IMG/VR virus record: IMGVR_UViG_3300045988_135716
Coordinates: 1-64,000 of that record
From: a virus
Length of the DNA stretch: 64,000 nucleotides
Reading direction: 5' to 3' (one strand)
In this document: in pieces, positions 1 to 10,374 of the stretch
Position numbering within the stretch: position 1 is the first letter of the stretch
How the letters are laid out: each line of letters opens with the position of its first letter
Position numbers and translations under genes: made by a program
Notes under the pieces: model-generated
Told to the model about the DNA's origin: nothing
Seen by the model: only the letters and a program-made list of their open reading frames with translations
The model's database searches: none

Positions 1-404
1 CTTTTTTTTTCTATATGTGAGATGAAATCATCCCATTGATTAATATTTAAGAAATATGTATTATCACTTGATCGAAAGTCTAATACTAATCCGCTTATAA
101 CACGATTATATTGTGCAAAATCTTTTAAACTCTTAATCTGATAATAATGCACAATTCCTTTTTCATTTTTATCACGTTCAAAGCTACATGAACCTTGAAA
201 TGTTTTTAATTCAAGTGTAAGAAAAAGATTTCGTGATCCATCGAATACCATCAAATCGCATGGGCTGTGACGACTGAATCTTAGCTTATTTGTTGATCCC
301 ACATCAAAAGCTTGAGCTGAATCAGGTGGACGGTGGGAGAGTACATAGTCTGGTACGCTTTTCTTAAAATTATCTTCAAATTGTTTACCTACACTTCTTG
401 CCAT
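1..404 (-). CDS. RecU-like Holliday-junction resolvase, PD-(D/E)xK fold (partial; C-terminus beyond window edge)
   Basis: Open frame from ATG at 404 to the window edge, absent from the ORF track because truncated. My translation MARSVGKQFEDNF...CDLMVFDGSRNLFLTLELKTF...HYYQIK fits the RecU-type D...E-x-K and hQ motifs from memory. Confidence 0.5.
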   Translation of the reverse strand, partial: MARSVGKQFEDNFKKSVPDYVLSHRPPDSAQAFDVGSTNKLRFSRHSPCDLMVFDGSRNLFLTLELKTFQGSCSFERDKNEKGIVHYYQIKSLKDFAQYNRVISGLVLDFRSSDNTYFLNINQWDDFISHIEKK

Positions 405-417
405 TAATCATATCCCT

Positions 418-672
418 TTAAGATTGTGATTTATTATGTTCTTTCTCCAATCTACGTTTTTGCCATGCTTCATACGGTTTCTTAGTTTCTGCTTTAATAA
501 AATAAAGAGCTAGTTTGTTATCATTAACCTCTGAAGGAGTTGTCCATACAGGTTGAATGTTAAAATTACTTAAATAAAAAATAATCTGTGGCATAAAAGT
601 GATAGGAATAACTCCATCTTCTCCAAACGCTTCAAACACTTCTTCTAAACTATCAAATACTTGTTTTTTCAT
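418..672 (-). CDS. hypothetical protein
   Basis: Minus-strand ORF packed in a co-directional operon; no motif recognised. Confidence 0.5.
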   Translation of the reverse strand: MKKQVFDSLEEVFEAFGEDGVIPITFMPQIIFYLSNFNIQPVWTTPSEVNDNKLALYFIKAETKKPYEAWQKRRLEKEHNKSQS

Positions 673-768
673 ATCACGTTTTCTCCTGAAAATCGTAAAA
701 AATAGGGATACAAGCCATTAATTCATAGCTAGTATCCCTACTAATTACTTATACTAACTACGATTAAT

Positions 769-1044
769 TTATTCAGATTTATCCTTTTGTTCATCTGTTG
801 CAACATCATCAGCTAACTCAACCTCCGTTACTTTCTTTTGCTTCTTTGCTCTTGAAACAGGTTTAACCTTTGCAGGTTTCTTTTCTTCTTCTAATTTACA
901 AGCGATAGAATATCTATCATTTTCATACTTTACGAATACAGTATCTTTATCTGTATGATCAGATGGCATTTGGATTTCTTTTCCATCAAAATCAACAACC
1001 ATAACATACTGATTGCGTAGTAATACTTTACATTCTTTTACCAT
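769..1044 (-). CDS. hypothetical protein, lysine-rich C-terminus
   Basis: Minus-strand ORF in a co-directional operon; no motif recognised. Confidence 0.5.
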   Translation of the reverse strand: MVKECKVLLRNQYVMVVDFDGKEIQMPSDHTDKDTVFVKYENDRYSIACKLEEEKKPAKVKPVSRAKKQKKVTEVELADDVATDEQKDKSE

Positions 1045-1114
1045 TGTGGTTATATTCTCCTTATAGAAATAGTAGGATGATATTGTATCATCCTACTATA
1101 GAATAAATTAAATA

Positions 1115-1849
1115 TTATTTTGTTTCGTCTGTAATTTCAATCATATCCATAACGTTACCGTCTGCATCCTGTAATACGGACATTTCAATTGTAACCTCCG
1201 CAGGATCACCATCAGATGAAAATGATAAATCAAGATTTCTATTTGGAGATGCCTTATAAGCAGTAATTCTTACTGGTACAAGTTGACCATTTTCATTTTT
1301 ATCCAGAGTTTCCATCTGAATGAAGAAATCTTTTGGAGTTTTATTGTTATTGAATGAAACCTTTTTAACTCCATCTACTTTTTCTTCAAGATAAGATACT
1401 TCATATGTTGTACCTTCTTTAATTGCAGAAGCAGTTGTAGCAGTAAATTCTTTTTCGGAAACTGTACCTTCAATAATATCTCCAGTATCAGGATCTACAG
1501 CATAAACTGTACCTGCTTTTGGAGTATTTGTCAGAGTAAGTTTTCCTTCCGCTGCACCTACCACATTTTCTCTACGAGCAATAAGAGCAGATGTTTCAAT
1601 TTCGCCATCAGAATATAGTGCATAAATCTGGAATGGTGCAACTTGGAATACCATTGTCATAGTACCCTCAAGTGGGTTATCAAATTTAATATCCTTTGCG
1701 CCTTTTTTATTTGCATATACTGCATCAGCACTAAAACCAGCGGTAGTAGTATTACAGAAGTCTACTAACATCCAAGGTTTCTTTGTAGCATAATCAAGGA
1801 TATGTACGTCACAACACTGACGGTTTGCCATATTAAGGTCTTTAGCCAT
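1115..1849 (-). CDS. virion structural protein, possibly major tail/tube-like
   Basis: Position downstream of the head genes, 244 aa, beta-rich T/V/G composition. Assignment rests on position and composition only. Confidence 0.35.
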   Translation of the reverse strand: MAKDLNMANRQCCDVHILDYATKKPWMLVDFCNTTTAGFSADAVYANKKGAKDIKFDNPLEGTMTMVFQVAPFQIYALYSDGEIETSALIARRENVVGAAEGKLTLTNTPKAGTVYAVDPDTGDIIEGTVSEKEFTATTASAIKEGTTYEVSYLEEKVDGVKKVSFNNNKTPKDFFIQMETLDKNENGQLVPVRITAYKASPNRNLDLSFSSDGDPAEVTIEMSVLQDADGNVMDMIEITDETK

Positions 1850-1922
1850 AATTTAATTCCTCCATTTTCTTAAAAATAAAATAAGCCACTGAAATATCAG
1901 CGACTTTGTTTGAAAGTTTTCA

Positions 1923-2714
1923 TTATTTAATTTTGTTCATATACTCCATAGGTTTATAGTCCTTAGAGTTTTTGAATGAGAATGAATTAGCAGCCATCAT
2001 ATCATTTATATCTGCTTGTCTTCCCATCCTATATTCTAAAAACATCTTCATGAATTGATAATATGTCATATCCCAAACATTCAATATATTGATTCCAACT
2101 TTGTTGTGAGTACAATATTTCACAATCATATTTGGCAATGTATAATCATCATCCGCAGATGTTTGTTTTTCTTTTTGTTCACTCTTATGTTTTGCCAATT
2201 TCTCAGCAATTCGTTGAGCTAACTTATTTTTATATTTCGGTTTTTCAACTTCTTTCTCAGATTTAATTCCTAAGATAACTTGCAGAAACACACGAAATTC
2301 ATCAAAATTGCTATTATCAATTTTTCCCGTTTCGTTAAAAATTTCCTTTCCATCATCGTCCTTCTCATAAGTGCCAATGAGAAAAGCATTCTGTTCTGGG
2401 TTATACTGAAAATCATCTACAACAAAGAAACTAATCATGTAGGCAAGAAAATCTGCACGATTCATTCCAAATGTTAGTAGATTGTACACAGTATTTTTTT
2501 CTTTTTCTTCATCACTGAGAGAATTGAATTTTTCAGTAAGACCAAATGTTTCAAGAAATTGTTTCTGAGTAATAGAAATGTAAGAGAGAAAAATATTAAA
2601 TTGTCCATAGGTTATACGTCTTATGTCCCTAAGAGTAGGGCATCTAACATGACCTATACCTTCATAAAAATAAGGTTCATCACAGAGATAATCATAATCT
2701 GAAAATCCTTTCAA
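1923..2714 (-). CDS. hypothetical protein of the structural module
   Basis: Tightly packed minus-strand ORF; no motif recognised. Confidence 0.5.
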   Translation of the reverse strand: MKGFSDYDYLCDEPYFYEGIGHVRCPTLRDIRRITYGQFNIFLSYISITQKQFLETFGLTEKFNSLSDEEKEKNTVYNLLTFGMNRADFLAYMISFFVVDDFQYNPEQNAFLIGTYEKDDDGKEIFNETGKIDNSNFDEFRVFLQVILGIKSEKEVEKPKYKNKLAQRIAEKLAKHKSEQKEKQTSADDDYTLPNMIVKYCTHNKVGINILNVWDMTYYQFMKMFLEYRMGRQADINDMMAANSFSFKNSKDYKPMEYMNKIK

Positions 2715-2717
2715 ATA

Positions 2718-3206
2718 TTACACCTCCTTGATTTTAAAATCAGGAATGCTATATTTGAGTTGTCGTCCATAATAACTGGATTGTGGAACAGTATAGCCAA
2801 TGTTATCAAGACTTGGTTTTCCAATTCCTAAATCATCAGAATCACGTAGAAGTCTTTCTATAATATCTGCAATAACATCTGCACGATTACCCATGTAACT
2901 TTTTACATTAGATTCCATTTGCATACAATCACGATGCACGAAAATCCAAATATACAAGTCCATAGATTTTACGGTACGATTTGTACCACTACAAACTGTT
3001 TCTACGCAAACAAAAGGCATAATTTCTTCCTGCGTTCCATCAACATAAGAATAATCGAATACTTGTTTATACTCCATATCGTTTTTCTCGTCATCAGTAA
3101 AATCCTCCTTACGCAACATTACTTTTGCAAACTCGTCAGATTCTAACAAGCGAGAAATTACTTTTGACTTGACAAAAGCCAAGTCTCTAGCAACTGATTT
3201 TGCCAT
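2718..3206 (-). CDS. hypothetical protein of the structural module
   Basis: Tightly packed minus-strand ORF; no motif recognised. Confidence 0.5.
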   Translation of the reverse strand: MAKSVARDLAFVKSKVISRLLESDEFAKVMLRKEDFTDDEKNDMEYKQVFDYSYVDGTQEEIMPFVCVETVCSGTNRTVKSMDLYIWIFVHRDCMQMESNVKSYMGNRADVIADIIERLLRDSDDLGIGKPSLDNIGYTVPQSSYYGRQLKYSIPDFKIKEV

Positions 3207-3220
3207 AATATACCTCCGAT

Positions 3221-4234
3221 TTATCCTACAATAGTAATAGTTGTTTCAGATAAAATGTTACTTTCATTGTCGAGAACTTGTAGCGTAAACGTACAGTCGA
3301 TTGCCTTATCATCTGTACATTTCAACTGTATTTTATTACTTGTGATATTTTGAGTGATTTTGAAGTCTGATTTGACATTCCATGTGAAGTTTGGTTGATT
3401 TTCAGAATCAGAGAAAGTGACTGTCCATGTTTTTGCTCTACCATATCGGAGAGTATCGCCACCTGTGATTGTGACAGATGTAGTTGGATTGTCTGGTTCT
3501 GATGGTGGGAGAGTAGGAGTAATAGGGGATTTGTAGTTGCAGATCCACGCCTTTGTTCCATTTTCTAACTCAATCAACTTATCTGTAACTTCATTAAATT
3601 GCTCATAAGATAATGTGACGGTCATGACACCACCTTTATCAACATATCTAACATCAGATAAGAAACCTTTTTTACCAGTCATTCTATATGTGTCTGGTGG
3701 GTACACTTCCTCATAGTCTATGACAAATCTATTTGTACGATTAAGTTGTTTTGTTTCTTCATCGACAGGTATAGTCAAACCATATTGATAATCACCAACA
3801 GTAATAGTAGAGTTACCTTTTTCACCCATACTATATTTAGTATAGTCTTCTGAATATCCCCAACGCTCAACAATCTTACCATCTGCATTTTGCCATCTAA
3901 TCATCAACTGACATAAATACATACATCCACGATTCCATACTTTATCATCAGTATCAAGTAATGTAATTATCCAAATTTGGTTATTCCATTTAACATAGTC
4001 ACCAAGTCTGATAATATCATTATGTCTTGATTTTATTTTCTTCTTATATGTATTGTTGTCGGTATCTCTGATAATCATTAACTGCATAGGTTCATTATTT
4101 ACTAGAACATCTTGAGTATCAAATGTGTCTTCAAAATGTCTATCAGCATGTTTGTTTATTTTTGCTAAATTTTTCTCACGTTTATTTTTTGTACCATAAG
4201 CATTTTGTAATTTCATATAATACTCAATATCCAT
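3221..4234 (-). CDS. structural protein with Ig-like C-terminal domain
   Basis: The C-terminal roughly 90 aa (TSVTITGGDTLRYGRAKTWTVTF...LQVLD) looks like a bacterial Ig-like (Big_2-type) beta-sandwich. Sits in the head/neck module. Confidence 0.45.
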   Translation of the reverse strand: MDIEYYMKLQNAYGTKNKREKNLAKINKHADRHFEDTFDTQDVLVNNEPMQLMIIRDTDNNTYKKKIKSRHNDIIRLGDYVKWNNQIWIITLLDTDDKVWNRGCMYLCQLMIRWQNADGKIVERWGYSEDYTKYSMGEKGNSTITVGDYQYGLTIPVDEETKQLNRTNRFVIDYEEVYPPDTYRMTGKKGFLSDVRYVDKGGVMTVTLSYEQFNEVTDKLIELENGTKAWICNYKSPITPTLPPSEPDNPTTSVTITGGDTLRYGRAKTWTVTFSDSENQPNFTWNVKSDFKITQNITSNKIQLKCTDDKAIDCTFTLQVLDNESNILSETTITIVG

Positions 4235-4237
4235 AGG

Positions 4238-4741
4238 TTATTCCTCCTCATACTGAGCATAATTAATAAACTGTTTTAATGCGTTAGTTTTTCTATCTCG
4301 ATTTTTGTAATCGTCAATTTTGATAGATACATCATGTTCCAATTTAGCAATAAAATTACGGTAACTTGTTCTTTCATTTCCTGGTGAAAATACACTCAAA
4401 TCAGATGGCGTAAAATTAATTTCCATTGCATGAAGGAGAGATTCATCCCTTTTCATATAAATAAGAAACATAATTTCAACAACCAGTTTGATTTCTTTAG
4501 GCAATAATTTAAAACCAATTTGTTGTACATCTTCATCATAATCTGAAAAATCTACATCCAAATTCGAGAGGCATGATAATTCATCAAGTGCCTCACATAG
4601 ATAATTAGTAGCACGAGTCTGAGCAATTTGTATCGCTTCACTAACATCTATATTATAATAACTAAAAAAGTCCTCATCCTTTTCTATACGATCATAGAAT
4701 TTGTTGAGAATTTTTTCAAATTTTGTAATTTCTTGAGGCAA
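4238..4741 (-). CDS. hypothetical protein of the structural module
   Basis: Tightly packed minus-strand ORF; no motif recognised. Confidence 0.5.
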   Translation of the reverse strand: MPQEITKFEKILNKFYDRIEKDEDFFSYYNIDVSEAIQIAQTRATNYLCEALDELSCLSNLDVDFSDYDEDVQQIGFKLLPKEIKLVVEIMFLIYMKRDESLLHAMEINFTPSDLSVFSPGNERTSYRNFIAKLEHDVSIKIDDYKNRDRKTNALKQFINYAQYEEE

Positions 4742-4759
4742 TTGAGTTCACCTCCCATA

Positions 4760-5437
4760 TTAATTTTTTCTAGGTCTACCTGGGGATTTTCTAGTAGATT
4801 TCGCTACTGTCTTTACTTCCTCAGTTTTAGTAGAAGCAGTATCAACTACTTCCTTTTTATCTTCCTGCTTAGATGCATTCATCTGTAGTAGAAGTGCTTT
4901 CATTTCAGCTAATTGCTGTTCAAGTTCTTCAACTTTTTTATTGCTTGGTACTACATCCGCATCATCTACAGAAATATTTGATTTGATTTGATTATTAAAC
5001 AATTCTCTTGTGCGTGTATCAATGACATTTGCCATATCCAATGTAAGTCTATATCCTTCTGATTTTAACTTTTGAAACTGTCCACGCACTCTATCAAAGT
5101 CAGAAAGAGTAGAAATAGAAATAATTTTAATAAGTCCTTCTTTTGTTGGATTCAAAAGAATATCTCTAATTTCACTAATCTTTAATACTTTTGACTTGTC
5201 AATACGAAGCTCATCATATAGATCATCTTCAATATCCTCTGGAAATTCTAAATTTCCTGTCCTAAATGCAGTTCCGTTATTTGCATAACGAATTTCATCT
5301 AGTGTAAGTGGAATAGTTGTAGGTTGACCATCTATAGCAGCTTCAAGAACAGTGCTTTTACCTGGGGCAATATTAATACAAACGCAATTATCGTTATAAT
5401 TTAAAACAGAAATATGTTTAGTTTCTTGAATATTAAT
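4760..5437 (-). CDS. hypothetical structural-module protein, apparently ATT-initiated
   Basis: The ORF track begins at TTG 5155, but the frame stays open and protein-like up to 5479 with no ATG/GTG/TTG. AGGAGGA lies 7 nt upstream of ATT at 5437-5435. Confidence 0.5.
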   Translation of the reverse strand: MNIQETKHISVLNYNDNCVCINIAPGKSTVLEAAIDGQPTTIPLTLDEIRYANNGTAFRTGNLEFPEDIEDDLYDELRIDKSKVLKISEIRDILLNPTKEGLIKIISISTLSDFDRVRGQFQKLKSEGYRLTLDMANVIDTRTRELFNNQIKSNISVDDADVVPSNKKVEELEQQLAEMKALLLQMNASKQEDKKEVVDTASTKTEEVKTVAKSTRKSPGRPRKN

Positions 5438-5456
5438 AACAATTCCTCCTAATATT

Positions 5457-5480
5457 AGGAGGGCGTTTGCACACCCTCCT
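5457..5480 (-). terminator. GC-rich hairpin after the capsid gene; its 3' arm can alternatively pair with the downstream SD
   Basis: aggagggcgtttgcacaccctcct forms a 7-bp stem. cctcct-aatatt-aggagg (5445-5462) is itself a palindrome. Confidence 0.45.
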
Positions 5481-5503
5481 TAAATTTTTTGTAATAAAAA
5501 AGA

Positions 5504-6499
5504 CTACTTACTTAAAGTAACCTTTGCGAAGTTTTCAATATTTGTAAGCATGATTCCATATGTGAAATCTTTTAGCATAATATGAACTTTCTCACCCTGA
5601 TTGTTCATATCCTGATATGTATGAATTTCACCCTTCATATCAAGATTTCCAATCTTTCCAGCTACACCGTAAATACGCTTATCTGGAAGTAGGAGAGAAC
5701 CTGTACCAGTTTTCTTTGCGCCAGAAATACCAGCAATACCAATTCCATCATATGTTTTAACAAGACCATATCTATTAAAATCGTCTTTCATAGTATTACT
5801 CATATATTGTGCAAAGTTTGGCATACGTCTAATAGCTTGAGCATACTTATTAAGTGTGATAATTACACTATCGCTTGCTCTATCGTTGAGGTAAAGAGAA
5901 AGCTTATCCATAGCCTCAAGTGTTGGTGTTGCGCCATCAACAGGAATTAATTGATCTCCGCCTTTAACTGCATCATCTGCTTGAGCAAGTGCATCAAAGA
6001 ATAGTGCGTTCTGGCAAGCTTCTTTCATAAATGTAGTAAGAGTAGCAATTGATTTAAAGCCATTCTTACGCAGGTCTACATAAGATAGGTCAGTTTCAAC
6101 CTGACGGTTTTTCCATGTAGGTTTCAGTACGGAAATATCAATGTAGGAACGATCTACATTACCGCCACGTGCTGCCTCATATGCAACAAGTGTATTCTTT
6201 GGATCTTTGTGACCTTCATAATCATCAAACTCACCAACAGAACCTCTTTCAAAGATTTGATCCAGAAGTTCATCTGGCGCATTATAAATTTCTTCATTTA
6301 CAGTTCTATTAATGAACTCAGCGATTGTACATTCTGGATCTTTTCCAGTTTTTCCAATCTCTCTAGCCCAAGCATCAGAAATCTCAGCAATTTCTTTTTC
6401 CTCGGCATTAAGTTCTCTTTTGTATTCAATTTTTTCAGCGACATCAAAGAGTACGCCCTCTTTGCTCATAATGTCTTTAATTTCTGTATTAATAGCCAT
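5504..6499 (-). CDS. major capsid protein (HK97-fold inferred)
   Basis: 331 aa, lies after the protease/scaffold and decoration-like genes, strong SD, hairpin downstream. The call rests on synteny and size. Confidence 0.6.
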   Translation of the reverse strand: MAINTEIKDIMSKEGVLFDVAEKIEYKRELNAEEKEIAEISDAWAREIGKTGKDPECTIAEFINRTVNEEIYNAPDELLDQIFERGSVGEFDDYEGHKDPKNTLVAYEAARGGNVDRSYIDISVLKPTWKNRQVETDLSYVDLRKNGFKSIATLTTFMKEACQNALFFDALAQADDAVKGGDQLIPVDGATPTLEAMDKLSLYLNDRASDSVIITLNKYAQAIRRMPNFAQYMSNTMKDDFNRYGLVKTYDGIGIAGISGAKKTGTGSLLLPDKRIYGVAGKIGNLDMKGEIHTYQDMNNQGEKVHIMLKDFTYGIMLTNIENFAKVTLSK

Positions 6500-6523
6500 T
6501 GTGTTAATTCCTCCTTATCTTAA

Positions 6524-7000
6524 TTACGCCTGTGCAACTGCATCAGCTTCTACACGAATCATAATGAGATCATGACCATTATCTTTAAATGGTTTCTCAT
6601 ATACATATTTGGAAGATCCAGTTGTAAGTTTCTGCCATTTTCCATCTGCGCCTACAGATACAGGTGTACCATCAGTAACTTCACCAGAAAAATCCTCTGC
6701 TTTATATTGGTCTGTTGCGAACTTTTCACCATCTGTATATCTTTCAAGTCCGAGGAACTCACCTTTGGCAATCTTTACAAAATCTTCATCATAGTCTGAC
6801 ATATCCACTCTTGCTGCGTTAATGCCAGTTGGAATACGCTCTTTTGTTGCTACATAAATATTTGCTACAGTTTCAGCTTTTGGAAGCTCAACAGTAGTAG
6901 CATCTTTGATTACAACGCCCATACCTGTAACAAGTGCTACACCAGCTTTGTGCATTGTATCTTTTGGCTGTGCGCCATTACGTCTAATATCACGAATCAT
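6524..7000 (-). CDS. putative head decoration/accessory protein
   Basis: 158-aa ORF between the scaffold and capsid genes. Positional inference only. Confidence 0.3.
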   Translation of the reverse strand: MIRDIRRNGAQPKDTMHKAGVALVTGMGVVIKDATTVELPKAETVANIYVATKERIPTGINAARVDMSDYDEDFVKIAKGEFLGLERYTDGEKFATDQYKAEDFSGEVTDGTPVSVGADGKWQKLTTGSSKYVYEKPFKDNGHDLIMIRVEADAVAQA

Positions 7001-7015
7001 TACATTTTCCTCCTA

Positions 7016-8641
7016 TTATCGTCTTGATAAAAATTTAGTCATGAAAGAACTTGCGCTTTCATTTACATCATCAGTTTCTAAGCTTGCTGTTGCTGTCACA
7101 GGATTTGACTCTTCTGTTTCAACATCCTCTGCTACATCAGTCTCTTCTTTATCAAAAGAAGCAATATATTTTTCTGCGATTAAACTATTGATGGCAGTTT
7201 TATCTCTTGCTTCAATTAATTCTGCGATTTCAGCTTTTGCAATTTCTTCCTCAGTGAATAATCCACCTTTAAGAAGATTTTTCTTTAAGGATTCTTTTTC
7301 TTCTGCAATTTCAGCTTCGATCTTTTCTTGTTCTGCTTTTTCAACCTGTTCTTTGTATGGTTGTAATTCAGAAATCTGCACATTAAGTTTTCCAATTTTC
7401 TCACCTGCGGAGATAACAGCTTTATCTTTGATTTCAAGCTCTGCGGTTAATGTTTCGATTTTCTCATCTTTTTCAGCAAGAACAGTATTAACATCTGATA
7501 CAGAAATAGTAAGTTTTACATCTTGTGGTTCAGAAACAGTTACTTCATCATTCTCAACTGTATATGTAAATAACTTATAATCTAACTGTGTTGGAGCATC
7601 ATCAGATTTAAACCAAACAGTATGTTCCTCTGGAAACCAATAAGAGATATAACCCCAATATTTAATTGCATCTTCACAAGCTTTGTTAATTTTTCTAAAC
7701 AAATCGCGATCAGTTAAAGAAGCTGTTTCTGGTTCTTCTGGATTACCTTCTGGCTCAACAGCAGATTCAGCAGTTTCTTTTGTTTCAGATGTATCTTCTG
7801 CGCAAGAAGTTTTCTTTTTCTTTTCAGCAGTTTCTTCATCTTTTTTCTTTTTGTCTTTTTCTGTTTCGTCTACAGAATCAGGTGTTTCCTTTTCTTTTTC
7901 TGTATCTTCAACAGAGACATCTTTCTTTGTCTTTTCAGCCAAATTCATGTCCTCCTTTTCTTCAATATCTTCATAGTTTGCTATATCAGTATTTGAAATA
8001 TCAGCAAGAAGAGCAGAAGATAATTGTTCTTCTAAATCATCCATTTCGGCATACTCAATTACACCTGCTCCTGGAACGGCAGGATTCCTATTGCTACCTA
8101 AAATGCAATTGCCAATAAATTCAAAAACTTTATAAATTTTGTTAGCACCCTCAGTAACTACATCCGTTGCAGTTAATTCCCATGAGCTGCTAATTTCTCC
8201 ATCGTCCCATAATTTATCGAATACTTTAAAGTATTCTGGGAATCGTGAAGTCCATAGTTTAGTTTTGATTAAAATACATTTTGGCGTACCATCATAACCA
8301 TCTACTTCACGTTCCTCAATCCATGCGTCTGTCACACTACCAATCGGAACAGTGTCAAAATGACTTTTCTTTTTTCCATCTTTAGTTTTTTGAATGATCA
8401 ATTCATGACCACCAAAATCTACAGGTTGTCCGAAAATATTCTTTTTAAGTTTGGCTACAATTGGATATCCAATGATTGTGTCAAAATATTTTTCACCTGC
8501 TTCTTCTGGAATAATTCTTCCATATGAATCAGGTTCATCTAACACACTGATCAAAAAGACAGCTTCCTTATAATTGGTATAAGACGCTATAGATATGGGG
8601 CGACTGTTTAGAATAATATGTTCATTATCCATTTCAATCAC
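7016..8641 (-). CDS. prohead protease-like N-terminus fused to acidic coiled-coil scaffold
   Basis: The N-terminal pattern FGGHE...PIGSV...DGEISSSWEL resembles the HK97-family prohead protease His/Ser motifs. The C-terminal 300 aa is E/K-rich and helical. Lies between portal and capsid. Confidence 0.5.
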   Translation of the reverse strand: MIEMDNEHIILNSRPISIASYTNYKEAVFLISVLDEPDSYGRIIPEEAGEKYFDTIIGYPIVAKLKKNIFGQPVDFGGHELIIQKTKDGKKKSHFDTVPIGSVTDAWIEEREVDGYDGTPKCILIKTKLWTSRFPEYFKVFDKLWDDGEISSSWELTATDVVTEGANKIYKVFEFIGNCILGSNRNPAVPGAGVIEYAEMDDLEEQLSSALLADISNTDIANYEDIEEKEDMNLAEKTKKDVSVEDTEKEKETPDSVDETEKDKKKKDEETAEKKKKTSCAEDTSETKETAESAVEPEGNPEEPETASLTDRDLFRKINKACEDAIKYWGYISYWFPEEHTVWFKSDDAPTQLDYKLFTYTVENDEVTVSEPQDVKLTISVSDVNTVLAEKDEKIETLTAELEIKDKAVISAGEKIGKLNVQISELQPYKEQVEKAEQEKIEAEIAEEKESLKKNLLKGGLFTEEEIAKAEIAELIEARDKTAINSLIAEKYIASFDKEETDVAEDVETEESNPVTATASLETDDVNESASSFMTKFLSRR

Positions 8642-8646
8642 CTCGT

Positions 8647-10359
8647 TTAAGTTGTTTTAGACTTTTGATAGTTACTATCATATTCTTGTTTCGATTCGTT
8701 TACAGAATTTCCTTTTGATGTACTTCCTTTAGGTCTTCCACCTTTAGAATCTTTTTCTTCCTGTTGTACATCTTCTTGTTCATCTTGATTTCCAGAAGAG
8801 TTATAAGATGTTGGATGTGGAATAAATATTTCATCAACACCATTATCTTGTTCTGCTTTTCTGCGTTCCATTTCATCATTAAAATTCATATCCAATGTTT
8901 CATATGCTGTGCGGAATGAACAATTTAATTTAGAATACAAGAACTCTGCAAGATCCTTTTTCATTTCAAACTCTAATAATTCTGCATCGAGAATATGTGG
9001 AGTAGGGCAGTACTCAATAGGTATCTTTTCTTCTGTTAAAACAATTTCATACCATCGTTGTAAGATTACTTCTTGACGTTCAGCAATTTTATTGATAGTA
9101 CGCATAAGCTGTTTAATAGAAATATTTGCCGTACTCACCGTTTGTTGACCATCAGTATTTAAAAATGAAATTCCTAATGCGGAAGTAACACGAGAACGAT
9201 ATTGTTTTACAGTGCTTTCGTTTGTAAATTCTACAGACGGTTCTACATACATGACTTTTTCTACACATGGCGGTGGAGTATAAACTACTGTAGGATTAGC
9301 CCATGCTGCCATTAAACAGGTATGAGCATAAGCCATATCCTCAAGACCTTTTTTATCGTAAGTGTCACCCATAGTTTCTTTACGCATAATCTGAGTGATA
9401 ATCTTTTTTGCTTTAGCTTTTGCATTAACTGCATCTGCTTTATCACAAGTATCAAGCATAAGTTTTGGTTTCAATGCCTTAAATATTGGTGAGAGTCCAT
9501 ACGCTCTACCAAGATTTCCAAAACGATTAACACCTGTGCGTCTAATATCAAGTCGTGCATATTTTTCTCTTGCACTATAAGCATCAATAACTTCTTTTGG
9601 ATAGTTATTTTTAATTTCTTCGGATGTATTTTTAAAGAATAATGGTTTGTTCTTTTTATTTTTTAACGTAGACTTTTGAAGTCTGTTTGATAATTCTGTT
9701 GTATCAATTAATACATATGGGATTCCATTTAAAGAATAATCAGAGATAATTGCTACACCTAATGGATATTTGTCAATTACATGATGATAAATTCCTTTGG
9801 CTTTCTTTGAGCGAAGATACTGAATACAATTACCTTCATCGTAAGTAGAAGTGATAGAAGTGGTCATAACATCATTTATATTTACTTCTTTATGAAATCG
9901 TTTGATAATACCATCGGCTTTATCTTTTATATCCTGATCATATTCTTTAGGGAGATTGTCAAATGAATATCTGACATTTGCATTAAGATTAGATTCTATA
10001 GATTCATGTACCTTGCCAATAATGTCATCCTCATTTTCGGCTTGTCGCACTAATTGATTGATTTTCTGAATTTTAGATATATCACTTTGAGCGTTTAACG
10101 CTAATTCTTTAATATCATCTAATGTAGTTTCAGATGTGGAAGATGAGGATGCTTCATTGAATCTGACGGAGTATTGTTGACCGCCTTTATCAAAACTTTG
10201 CATTGCTTCATACATCCAATTTTCAGATTGTTTTTTAATCGCTTCTGCTGTAACAAGGACGGTTTCATCTCCATCATTATCTTGTATACTTGAAGCAATT
10301 GTTAATTTATAATCCTTATCAGGATTGTCAATATATTCTGGTTCTTCTGATTTTGACAT
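8647..10359 (-). CDS. portal protein
   Basis: 570 aa, immediately downstream of the large terminase. Synteny and size only. Confidence 0.6.
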   Translation of the reverse strand: MSKSEEPEYIDNPDKDYKLTIASSIQDNDGDETVLVTAEAIKKQSENWMYEAMQSFDKGGQQYSVRFNEASSSSTSETTLDDIKELALNAQSDISKIQKINQLVRQAENEDDIIGKVHESIESNLNANVRYSFDNLPKEYDQDIKDKADGIIKRFHKEVNINDVMTTSITSTYDEGNCIQYLRSKKAKGIYHHVIDKYPLGVAIISDYSLNGIPYVLIDTTELSNRLQKSTLKNKKNKPLFFKNTSEEIKNNYPKEVIDAYSAREKYARLDIRRTGVNRFGNLGRAYGLSPIFKALKPKLMLDTCDKADAVNAKAKAKKIITQIMRKETMGDTYDKKGLEDMAYAHTCLMAAWANPTVVYTPPPCVEKVMYVEPSVEFTNESTVKQYRSRVTSALGISFLNTDGQQTVSTANISIKQLMRTINKIAERQEVILQRWYEIVLTEEKIPIEYCPTPHILDAELLEFEMKKDLAEFLYSKLNCSFRTAYETLDMNFNDEMERRKAEQDNGVDEIFIPHPTSYNSSGNQDEQEDVQQEEKDSKGGRPKGSTSKGNSVNESKQEYDSNYQKSKTT

Positions 10360-10374
10360 GAAATCCTCCTTTCT

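Noticed and set aside
6906-7580. 224-aa plus-strand ORF, with several others in 1-35 kb (2280, 2919, 4628, 6209, 6312, 7683, 7780, 9395, 15449, 16654, 22896, 24181, 29441, 30268).
   Set aside because: All lie antisense to longer, motif-bearing minus-strand genes. They are Ser/Phe/Leu-rich and low-complexity, and none had an SD where I checked. They are shadow ORFs.
7780-7960. Apparent DNA repeats (tcttttt, ttcttc runs).
   Set aside because: They lie within the scaffold gene and encode its Lys/Glu/Asp-rich low-complexity linker. They are coding-driven, not an independent element.
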